Source: Balanoglossus misakiensis
Lineage: Eukaryota > Animalia > Hemichordata
Direction: 5' to 3'
NCBI GenBank assembly: GCA_040954595.2
Contig: CM082588.2
Span: 372,001-436,000, forward strand
DNA: 64,000 nucleotides
Shown piece by piece: positions 1 to 11,558 of the stretch. The notes under the pieces were generated by a model. It ran no database searches. It was not told the DNA's origin and saw only the letters and a list, made by a program, of their open reading frames with translations. Positions within the stretch are counted from its first letter, which is position 1. Each line of letters begins with the position of its first letter. The translations under genes and the position numbers were made by a program.

Positions 1-3000
1 GACTTCCACTCTATCCTAAACCAAACCAGTCAGCTTTTATATTCAGTCTGGTGAAATTTATACTCCGGCCTTTTTATGTAAACCCAGACCAAGCCTGATA
101 TAGATTGCTACTGCCACTTCACATCAAACAGGGGTTGTCTACAGAGCACTCCAATTTCTACCATCGCAATATACCATCTTCTCTTGCATTATTTAACTTT
201 AATGATAGTATACACATCTATAGACCACCCACAAAAATCAATGGGGTGTATACAGCCCTTATATTTAGCATTAGGATAGCTTTTATTTTCAGTGCCCATC
301 ACATAAGCTGTTGGCACACCCCTTTCTCCTAAATGACATGTGCTGGACTGTTCCGATTCGAACAACATGCACAGAATGCAGAGAGACAGCAAATTGTAAA
401 TTCCGCACAGGTCAAAGGTTGTTTGGATGTGGTTATGATAATTATGCTGCGCCAGCACAAATATTTAGAGTATTAGGAAGCATCATGGGTAATTATATCC
501 ACAATAAATCTGTCAAGGTCAAAGCCAGTCATGACGTAGGCTTGACCCTAATTGTCTGGAGGGCCAGGTCAAGAGCTCGGTCACCTTCATTGTCACTGCT
601 GGACATTTCTTGTTAATCTGCAATAAATGTAGATATGATCTGTACATACATGTACAGCAGAGGACCCCTGCTTACAATTGTCATGATGATGTGCTTAGTC
701 AGAGTACGATCTGCTTACTCAGCAAATGTGTCAAGCAATAAATTTAAAGGGACACTGGATCTCATGAGGATTTCCAGCTGACCTTGCAGTGACTTCTAGA
801 CTCTCTGCACATGTCACAGTCTTGTTATCATCTAATATTATATTCATTAAATCAATACCATCAAAATATTTTCACGATATTTTCCCTTCAGAGCCCATAA
901 ACTTGAAGTAAACACAGTGAACTCTATGGCTTTGCTGGTATTAAAGTTCCCTCAATTATTTACAATAAACAGACTAAGAATGATTTAGATAATCAACCAG
1001 TTTGAGCATACTGATCTTGTCCATAATCCCCATGTGACACATCAAACGCTTCGGAAAAATTTATCGGAAATAAACCAAGTAAAGATTAATCCACTGAAAC
1101 CAAGCGAACATACTTGTCATTCCCGTAACCACACAAGATATTATATTGGAATACCAGTTGTAAGGAGTGACTTTACTGCAATGTAACACCCAAGGCCGAG
1201 GCCAGGGATTTTTCCTCCTTTCTAGAATAAAGGGCTCTTTTTGTTAGCAGCCCTGCGTCAACCACTGACGTCAAATTATTGTTTGTGAACACCAGATATT
1301 AAAGACTTCATTCTTCTCAAAGAGGACCAGCCCTGACCAGGTCATGGTACAGATGTAGCTGTTTGAATCAAACAAGTATTTTCACATGTGCATCATCTTT
1401 GGCCAATTTTTGAATCCCTCCCAAACACACAAACAAATAAACAAATAGAATGTGTCCGGTTTGTTCTGCGCAGGGTCAAGAGCCATCCACTGATGGATTC
1501 TGAAGGACCTGCTTCTTATATTTATGAGAAGTTCAAAGGTTGGTGGGAGGAATGGCATAAACACTGCCATCTTCCCCAGCCAAGCAGAGATCGAGTTTTC
1601 AAGCAGGACCTCTCCTCAAGGCCTAACCAGCCAAGTCGAGCAGATCGGACAACGTAACACTGCATGCATCAGAGGAGACAATGAAGAGATGATGTGTGTG
1701 TGTGGAGTCACTACATTCTGTTTGTAAGCATTTATAAACAAAGCAGGCATTGTCAAGAGAAGGTACGGGCATGAAGGTTCATTAGGGGGGAAATGACACT
1801 TGCCTGGGTATCTAAACAATATTAATTATATTCCTACGTCAGTACGTGACCAGAAAGACAATGTTACTCACCAAGTCATTGGCATGAAGCAAGGAAATGA
1901 AGGCAACTGCGTTCTCCTACTTCAGAATAGACTACACTTTTTCAGGGATCACAACACGAGGACTTAATACTTGATCTGTCAACAAACTGTTTACTCGTAT
2001 TCCTCCCCGGGGAAAAGTTTTACAGGTTTAAATCAAGGACTCTTTTGCGACCAAAAAGCGAGTAGAATGAACCTGCTTACACGGAACACAGCTTGAGCTG
2101 CAGTAAGAAAGGGATCCGATCTGCGACAGGTTAAAGTGTGAAGTGGGTCACATGACAGGGGTTGTCCAGGGTTTTCAGAAAAGTGTGGAGTAATTTACAA
2201 ATGAATGTTGGGAGTGTCACTCGTGGGTTCAGGGGGGGACGCAGTGATTGTGCCTATCATCAGAGGTTGTGTCATCAGACTCTGGCAACTTTATTACCTC
2301 CTCCCTCCCCCGAATCAAAATGCAGCACAAGTTTCCCTTACTTTTATCTGAAAAGTCAGGTACATACAGCGGATGTAATTAGATCAATGTTCCAGACAAT
2401 GCCTGCTTACCTAATATTGTGATGAATTCAGTTCTGTACAAAATGTATGTATGTACATGTACCTATACGTATAGAAACTGAAGTCTCTCGATGGACTATT
2501 CATGTGCTATTACGCAGGTACCACTGTCTTGTTTTGTCTTTTTGTTTCCTGTCATCAGTGTGTCTTTTGTAAGCTTGTTTCAAAATAAGTACATTTTCTT
2601 CCATTGTGGACTACATACATGTATGCTAGCTATCATTACTGTCTCATACTGTCTGTGTGTGGACAAGGATTCTGTGTGCAGCATCAGTGTTGGGTGGAGC
2701 TGAAGGCAATTCCAATAACGTCACGCATGGAGACCTCCTCCACACATGGCTGCATTTTGTGAATAACACCATTATCACACACCCTCCACCTTTAAGGTAG
2801 TACCCGTCTCAGGGACAGATTTTCACAAAAATGATAATCCTCAAACCCTTTGACTTCTTTGATATATTAAGGTGTGTGAAGAGTCTTTTTGAAAGCAAAG
2901 AAGAAAACAGGATGTTTTCATAAAACAGACATAGACAGAGATTGGCAGTTGTGAACTCTTGCAATAAGAGGTTGATAATATGTTTGTGTATACCAAACAC

Positions 3001-3076
3001 ACTATACTACCAGTACTTAAAATCACACCACTGGCTCCTCTGTCATGTAATATTGCATGAGACAAACACCACTGAC

Positions 3077-6000
3077 CTCATCGCAGGATTCGCATCTAGG
3101 CACGATGTTTTCGGCGTAGTGTCGCTCATCGTAAATCTTTCCGTCTTTAGCAAAATAGGCAAGATCCACCAGAAGCTCGTCACATTGACTGCAGCAGAAA
3201 CAGAATGGATGCCAACAGATATCATCACCAAGGTTTTCCGTGAAGACAGCGATTTCACCAGCTTGAATCTTCCCTTCACATTTGTTGCAATCCTGTGGAA
3301 AATTCAAAGTCAATTCTGTTTTAATTCACAAGCATAATGAAGTCCAGCTAAGCTCCCGTATCTTTTGATATTTTCAGTTGTCGACATGTCCTCAGTGTAA
3401 TCTTTTAACTGTACTGTACTTCGTGGAGCATGAGATTAATTTAGAAATTGAAAAATGATATGTGACAGTGTTGGCCCATTCACCAAAGTTTTCTGAGCTG
3501 ATCACGGACAAAATGATACAGTGCCCTCTAGCAACCAATATGAGAACTCAACTATGTAAAACAATAACCTTGGAAGTCAAGTCACAGTCTTTTATAGCCT
3601 GGACCACTGTTAAACTATTTGTATGCTATTAAGATGTGACAATGATTTGCTAAATTTGCTAACCCTGGACAGGCCCAGAGCTGACCCAGTTAACTCTGAT
3701 CCATATTGTATAAACCCACAACGGTTTATGTGTGTATTTAAGCCAAGTCACCTCATACATATAATGTATTGAGTCCATGCTTGGGATACAAGCCCCGATT
3801 GTTGTATTTCCCCATTTATCTCTTCATACGCCCAACCTGCGCTTGTGTTCTATTGGCCTACTTGTTACTACCGGTATAAAACCGCGCTCCTGGCATCACC
3901 CTATTGTTCTCTGTGGTATTTACGATACAGATCAAGTGTTCTTTTCCAATTGTTTTTTTGAGGTTCATGTCATGTTGTTTTCAGTGCAGAGTTACTATTT
4001 CAGAGTCTGCACTATCAGATAACTGCTCTATTTCCAGCTCTGATTTTAAATATCCTCGTTAGAGTTTGCGTCTTTCCTTGATTAAAAGGCCAGCGTTTTC
4101 AAAAGTTGTACTCAGTTTGACATATATTTATTGTGGAACTGAATAATTGGCAACACTTACCATATCCATAGTAATGTGGTCCCGGACATAGCCAATTCCG
4201 AATGCTTTGTTGTCACGATAATCCAGGAAATCCTGGAATTGCTCTATGGCTTCATCTGATTCCAGGTGTTTCAGGTAGTCCAATGCCAGGTCTTGCCTTG
4301 GGATCTGCAGAATCATTTGTTTATCACGGTTGGTCTCACCTGGTGTGTGCAGTTTGGGAATGCTGCTATTGGGCAATGACCCCATGTACTCATCAATCTG
4401 GAAAAAGAATTTGGTGAAAAATAAGCAAAATCATGCCATTTATATTTTAACATTTTTCACTGATATCACGGGTGCGTGCATGTAATATCCAGTATCAAAG
4501 TTTCGTTGGCTGAGCAGGTGAGAATCATCAATACAGTGACCTAGTTGTCACAATCCGGTGATAAAGTTTATAACAGTTAAGTTTTTGTGAGATTTCCCCA
4601 TACAAACTATTGATTTCTGGTGAATGCTTTAGAGGCATTTGAAGCCAGATGCGGAGTTCACCTTTACTTTTGTGAATCTCGGTCACTTTGCTTTTATGTC
4701 TATCCCAAGATGCAACAGCACTGTGTCTCTCATTTCCCAGGGAAAATAGATTACAAGTGGGCCATTGAAAAGTCGGGCTCCTCTATTGAACATGATAGTG
4801 AATGCGTGAACAGGTCTCTAAGCCAAGACCAATTTCTGAACAAAGGACAGTTGTAAGCACAACCATGGCATCGACAACAGGGTGGAAAATTCTTCAAGTG
4901 CTAGTCACTCTGTGCCAGAACACGACTCTGGTGGTGCTTGGCTATGTTTTATTTTTGTAATTGAAGATCACTAGTCTTGATCATTTTCCTCAAATATTTT
5001 AGGCAGAAATATAAGTGTACCTTTTCAGCTGACAATCCAGCTGGTACCCATGAGTATCCATTACTGACTGCTCGATCTTTCTCACTTTTGGTTTCAGCAT
5101 CATCAGCCGATTGCAATCCCATGTGTTCTTTGACAGTCACATAATTGTCGTGAATGACGTCATGATCCAGTCGTAGACAGCGGCAATTCAAGCAGCTTTT
5201 CCTGCAGACAATAAAACAAACACTCTTGATGTCACTAACCCCTTTTCTTCACCAGAATGTACCCCACACAATGAGGGGTCAAAACTCCAAACAAACAGTC
5301 GTGAATAATCTGCACCTTTCACCCCACATCCTTCTAAATGGGCCCAACCTCCTGAAAAAATGTCAGCCTATTCCAAAGCATTGCTGTAAAGTGGTTTCCA
5401 ACACCAAGCTGCCTGGTCAATGAATTATGGGAACGCTTTATTTGACCACAAATCTCACTCCTGTGAAGACAGAGATTTAGTGGTCACAGCATCCCTAGAG
5501 TTTCAATGTCAATCTGACCCTTGAGGACTGAGCTCCAAACACATCAGAATGGAACACTTTCTTTTTTTTCTTACCTCCATGAATGTGGCTGAAAACCTGG
5601 ACACTGTTCATTACAGTTCAAACATGGCTGACTGATGTCCAACTCCTGCACTGTGATTTCCTGAAAAAAATGAGTAAAACAGTATCATTGTTAATTTTTA
5701 ATATTAACATTTAAATCTTTACTTTTATCTATAAGATTGGATAAGAATTCATTGGACTGTACATGCATTTGCCAATGGTATGTTGAAAACTTATACAGGA
5801 TGTTTTAGACCCTGGGTCTAAAACTTCATGTAACTTTATTAGACACTGTATGTGACACCTAACCTTTTGTTTACGAAAAATCGAAAAGTGTATCATCATC
5901 AGGTTTTTTCTCTTGTGGGACGTGAACTGACACCTAGCTCTTCGGTTTCCTTGAGTTGCAGAGTACTTCTCAGACACCTTGCTTCAAACTATCACTGACA

Positions 6001-8703
6001 ATCGGCTACAACTCTTATAATGTAACCGAAAACTACTATAAAACATTATATTTCTGTTTTGATTGGATCTGAACCCTGTTGCTTGATATGAAATTTCACT
6101 AAAACATGAAAGTATGTAAGGTGACCCCTTCTTGATCTTCGAACCTCTGATCTTCCTGCCTGTAGTCATTGCTTGCAATGTTATACAAGGCAGGACCAAT
6201 ATGTATATTGAAAGTTCAAACATCATACAAGCTATATATTAGGGTGAAACTGATGGCATATCATTTTATATATTGAAACTTTTAGTAGAAGATAATCAGT
6301 TCAAGTTTCGGAATCTGCATACCACTATGTGTTAAATTGGAATCTGTTATTGATATTAAAAGCCAAACGTTTCAGTCTGATCTTTTAATCAATTGCAGAT
6401 ATCAATCGTTAAAAGGAAAAAGAATATTCCATTTTTTCAAGTGCCTGCACACAGCCATTTAGAAACTGTCACAAAACTATCATAACTGACCGGATACCAT
6501 AGCAACGGTGATAACGCACTTCAATTTCGGTTGGAAACCGATCGCCATGACTTCACTGTTACTTGACAAGGCTTATTTGACATTAATAAACTGGCGTTGT
6601 TATTACACATTGTAAACAAAAGTCTGTATGTGCCTGAGTCAGGATCCTGTTGCCTCAATCAATATCGCAATGATCCACTAATCAAATTTAGCAAGAAAAA
6701 TTACCTTCTATTCACAATGGGACCCTATTCTGATGTCATGAAGTTAACCAGCTATGACACACACATATTGCCTTGCTCGCTATTCATGATATTAGAGCCT
6801 ATTAGAGCCCAGTTTAATATTTAATCATCAAGTATTCAAACGTGTGATGAAATGATTTCATCCAGACAGTGTAATAAAAATAAATTGGTTTCAGCTTTCA
6901 TTGAAATAGGTTTCAAGCCCCAAGACACAAGTATGTGATGTCATTGAACAGATCACAAATTGATCGCCCTTGGCAACAAATCACACAAGTATGTACCGTT
7001 GAGAATCCAGCCAAATATTCACGCGAAACCTTTCAAAGTCACCAGATAAATTCTAGGCTAGTGTACAGTGTGTGTATCTGCGACTTTACTACTCAAACCT
7101 TGAGAGCACTCTCTTAAGTTGAATAGTCTCCTCTGTATGACCTGCCCTGTTTATCGTTTTCATTCTGTTCATGTTTGGGTTTTCAAGTATCTCCATTACC
7201 ACACAGCAGAAACACAACAGTGATCAAAAGAGCAGTTTGATGATTTTCAATGCCAATTGACATGACCATTGGGTGTGACAATGTCCATGAAAAAATGTGT
7301 TGACTTTTACTCAGGAAATAAAATCACTTTGAATTGATTGTTACTTACCCTCTAATGGGGTAATTATTTATTTTTTGACATTTAATCAAAAGGACAAGGA
7401 AAAAGTGCTCTGAACCCTTTCATAAGTATAAATTTGTTCAATTAGATTGTTTTCATTGGTGTGGTTAGATCAATACATGGAAAAAGTGGGGGTGATTAGG
7501 TGAAGGTTATTACTTGAGGACATAAACTGTTCAACAACTATGTGTTGATTAAAGGACTGAAAACTTAGTGGATGGCTCTACAATTCACAATTTCTTTCTG
7601 CAACAGGTGTCCCTGTATTAGTCACCCTGTATCTGAAATCCTTGGTTATGGATATCTAAAGTTAAATATGTTACACTAGCAATAACATTAATAATCACAA
7701 TTAAAATAGTTTTCCATTCTATTTACTTGTTAACTAGCAACAAATCTTCTGAAAAGTGTAATTTGATCATATCAGAGAGCTTATTTTGTTTGTTTTCTAC
7801 TGTTTTGTGATTACAGTGCATTCTGGGTAGGGATGATTACATAAGATGATTTGCATAAAAAAGAAAGTTGCGTCATGGCGTTATCTCCATGGTTGTTTAC
7901 AAACTGTCAAACCGGAAGACATGGATCTGATCAAACGGGAAAAGCAAGAATACGGCGGGCGAGAATGGATGTGTGTCATGCCAGATTGAAAATGTAAAAC
8001 GCCCTTTATATTTACATTAAAGAGATTAAATACAATTCTTGTGGTGTCGATCGATCTCGCGTTCTCAAAGTTTGTGGCCGCGGCCGGTGATCGGTTTCTG
8101 GACGGGGGCGTGGTCACTTCGTCTGCGTGTAAGACGTCAGACGTCATGCTGGTAAAACAATAATTAAGCGGTCTGTAAGCAATCTGAAAAGGCACGCACA
8201 CAAAACATGAAAGAACGATTGATTGCCTGGCCGACAGACCGTCCCAGTCTATTCCAATCATACAACTTTTAAGTCAAAATAGGGCCTATAGATCGTAGGA
8301 CCACACCATCGCCGGAGTAACACCCTGGTTCTTGGCACAATAAAACATACCATGTCGGAATCACTTCGCTTGTTTGAAAAGATCACTTTCTGTAATAGTA
8401 CTACGGTCGATCGATTGCTGCAGCGGATGTGTATAAGGCTTGGTCGATCCCGTAGAGACCGATCGACTTTCCATAGTACTAGTCTACCCTATGTATACTG
8501 TACCCTGTAACCTGGCATCGCGTCGGACACCTGTTTAGATCGGCAGTAAAACGATCGGCGTTCGCATGAGAGAAAATGATTTGCCTGGACGACTGAATAA
8601 TACTTTCAGCTCCCACCAGGCCAGCCAAAATATCTCTGATGATCGTATAAAAAGTTATACGCACCTTTCTACCAGTCGACGCTACTGGGCCAGACTCCGC
8701 CAT
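3077..8703 (-). CDS. PET + LIM domain protein (Limpet/LIM-9/testin-prickle family), 5' part; remaining LIM exons probably lie left of the window
   Basis: Phase-consistent GT-AG exons: 8665-8703 (MAESGPVASTGRK) or 8351-8353 (ATG only); 5575-5660 (EITVQELDISQPCLNCNEQCPGFQPHSWR); 5021-5201 (KSCLNCRC...GYSWVPAGL); 4161-4397 (PET: ILQIPRQDL...GIGYV); 3077-3292 (LIM1: CNKC...WHPFCFCCSQC...RHYAE..PRCESCDE). The Cys-rich N-terminus + PET + LIM layout and the QxPRQDL motif recall C. elegans LIM-9 and Drosophila Limpet. Confidence 0.88.
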
Positions 8704-10057
8704 CTTGAAACGGTCCGTGTATACTGACAGGCTGCAACCGGGGGTACTCCTACGTTGTAAACATTTTGACCTTCAAAAAAGTTATCATTAACTCTTTGAT
8801 ATCCATGTATTTCTTCCAAAGAAATGCTTGACTATCAGGCGAAGGTGTTTTCTTTATCGATTTGTCGAAATTATGGCGAATTTTACCAGGCGCAAGAGTT
8901 AATATGTCAAATCATTATTGAAATATTCATTTGTGTGTGATATTACAGTGCGTCCCCCGGAGTTGTTAAATTTCGGGAGTGCAGTGACCGGGATTGACCG
9001 CTCCCCTATCGCCGCGTCTAGGTGCGGCAACGGAAAAATAGATCCCGGTATAGTCACTTCCTTTCAAGTGGATGTGGGACTTTTTAATGGGTCAATGATT
9101 GGTTCACCGAAACATTTTTTTATTCCAAATTTGTAATCGATCCGTTCAATTTGAACGGTTGAAATCCATCCCTATAGATATGTAAAAGGAAACTTATGAT
9201 GATGAGACGCAAATAAAAGGCCATCTATATGCATCTACCTTGAATCAATGAACTTTAAGTGCCCTTCATGGTGATATTTGCTGCCAGGGATTTGATAAAA
9301 AACGCTTGCGCGTGTTTGATCAAGTAACTATAGCGACAGAACAAACAACGCCCTTGACAGGAAAAGTAGATTAAACTGTTATGCGCTACCAGGGCACGCG
9401 TCGCGACATTCAATTAATAAAAGTCCCTCTTAAATTATCAGGTTTATAATCAGGAAATTTAGTATTTATATTTATGAAATCGGTCATTTACATCGATGTT
9501 TGATTTTTCACTGAAGCAAACACATTTTGCGGGCGTTTCTGGGACCGCTTTATTTTCTGACCCCTTTTTCGATGTTTTTTTTTATCGATAAAAAATACCA
9601 AAAGCTATGTATATCGAAAATATATATCGAAAAAGGGGGAGAATGTACGTTTCATGCGCGCGTACGCGTGTGTTCATTCCTATCTGATTGAAGGCGACGC
9701 GTTCTACTTTCTTCTCGTTTGCACCCTCTTTTATTCGCCCTTTTTAAGGTGAATCTTGTAAACAGTAAGAAAACACAACAACACACACTGTTATGTATAG
9801 ACCATGGTGTGTAGACATGCAAAACCGGGAGTTTTACAGAGTTTGGTCGTTGCCAAGTCACTTGTTGCTACTGTGGTTATAATTACTGGCATAAGGACTC
9901 CGTTTTTATTTTCTTTCAGTCAACTTGGGAGTACTGCATTATGTCATGACCTCTGCAGTAATGGCCGCCCATTCGCGTGTGTAGGATCCATGATAGTTTT
10001 CGCAAGCAGAGAAACGAATTGAATATTTGGAAATCGAGCGTGAATTATACTGAAACC
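8704..10057. promoter_or_regulatory. Divergent (head-to-head) promoter region between the PET-LIM gene and the DED-TIR gene
   Basis: CpG-rich relative to the flanking introns. Start codons point away from each other at 8703 (-) and 10058 (+). A YY1-like CAAGATGGCG overlaps the minus-strand ATG. Confidence 0.5.
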
Positions 10058-11558
10058 ATGGCGTCCGAGGCAGAAATAGACCCCATAGAAGGCTTTGTGA
10101 TGAACACGTTATCGGCAAACATTACTGAAGGTTGGTATTACTAGTGTGTGTACCGAAGGGAAGTGGCACTTGCACTGGTTGTGAGTGAGGGTGGAATGCG
10201 GAAGTCAGTTAGTGATGATCATGATGATGATGATGATGATAATGGTGATAAAGTTGGTGATTACAGACGCCATGATATTCGCGAAGCCATATACACTGAT
10301 GGCATGTGTTTCTTCAACATCAACTGAAACCTTTGTCAAGCTGAGTCAGTTTCCCCTGTAATGAAAGCTCACACAGGTCTTACATAATGTAACAGTTTGA
10401 AGTTGCCCTTTCATCTTCTCAGATGATCTCACTCAGATGAAGAAACTCTGTCGAGGAGATCACACATTTCAGGGAAATGAATTGGAGATGGTTCCCAGTG
10501 TGTCCGATTTCTTCCTTCTCTTGAAAGGAGACGGTACATGGTCCAAAGACCATGTGGAGTTCTTGGTGGATCTTCTGACCAAGGCCAACAGAGTCGATCT
10601 GGCCAGAGAGCTTCAACAGTATTGGGCTGCCTCCAAAGGTAGATACTGACAACTTTGTAGTATAGAAATTGTCAAGATTGTCGCCTTCACAAATCTTATC
10701 AGAAGTACATTTTGACTATGAGCTCACCATGGCCCACTCACTTTTTTTCTTCTTCAATTCTGACAGATCACAGTGTAGATTTAATAGGATTGCGACACAT
10801 CAGTATCTGGGACAGAGCTTCCTTTCTTCAACAGGAGATCAATATTATTGATACAGGCATTCTGTTTCTTTTGATAATAATCACATTTTTGTCACCCTTC
10901 ATACACAGGCGAGGAGGTTGCACAGCGCACTGCTGATCCCAATCTACCCACAAGACGTCCTTCAGAAACTCCAGGTAAAAAGACAGAACTAATCTGCATG
11001 ATTCAAAGGAAACTCCTCTGATTTGCAGAGTGCTACATGTGGAACAGTCACATGACCCTTCAGTGTATAAAACCATGAAAATTATATGTATCCAGACTCA
11101 GGTTATTAGTATCGTCACCATCTTGAATTTTCTCTACAGATTATGATGTCTACCTGTCTTTCTGCGAGAGTGACAACAACTCATTTGTGCAGCCATTGTC
11201 GGTCGCCTTGAAGTCTTGCGGCTGTGGTGTGTACCTAGATTGCCGCAATGCTCCTCCAAGCAACGAAGTCAAAGAGAAACTCTCACACATTCTCATCAAA
11301 AGCAAGGTCCTAGTGTTTGTTATCTCTGAAAGTGTCATCAATAAAGGTTTCTGGTCCAAGCGGGAACTGGGCACCTACATCCAGTTCGGCATTCCAATTC
11401 TACCAATCTGGATTGGGGTCACTCGGGAACAGGTCAAGAAATTCTCTCCCTATCTGGCCGGCGTTCTGGCCGAAGTGTACGGCGAGAATGAGGCCATCAC
11501 CGAAGAAAGCTGCTCTGCTCTGGTGAAGAAAATTAAGCAGAAAGTTGATGTTTTGTAG
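10058..11558 (+). CDS. Death effector domain (DED)-TIR domain protein, 257 aa, 4 exons
   Basis: Exons 10058-10130, 10423-10638, 10909-10974, 11140-11558; all introns GT-AG and phase 1; 774 nt in frame. N-terminal DED (NITEDDLTQMKKLC...FFLLLK...VEFLVDLLTKANRVDL, with the RxDL motif), Pro-rich linker, then TIR (YDVYLSF...YLD...VLVFVISES...FWSKREL...ILPIWIGVTREQVKKFSPYLAG). Confidence 0.88.

Noticed and set aside
529-1930. Possible internal alternative exons of the PET-LIM gene (donor at ~1871; short ORF MSSSDNEGDRALDLALQTIR at ~547-606)
   Set aside because: Plausible for Limpet/FHL-type short isoforms, but the phase does not match the LIM1 exon, the second donor is weak and the downstream exons are outside the window.
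9800-10030. NF-kB/IRF-like sites upstream of DED-TIR (GGGAGTTTTA, AGAAACGAA)
   Set aside because: Imperfect short matches of the kind expected by chance.
11140-11558. Bacterial contamination or recent horizontal transfer of the TIR
   Set aside because: The TIR is embedded in a spliced gene with a metazoan DED and host-like flanks; TIR_2-type domains are widespread in invertebrates.
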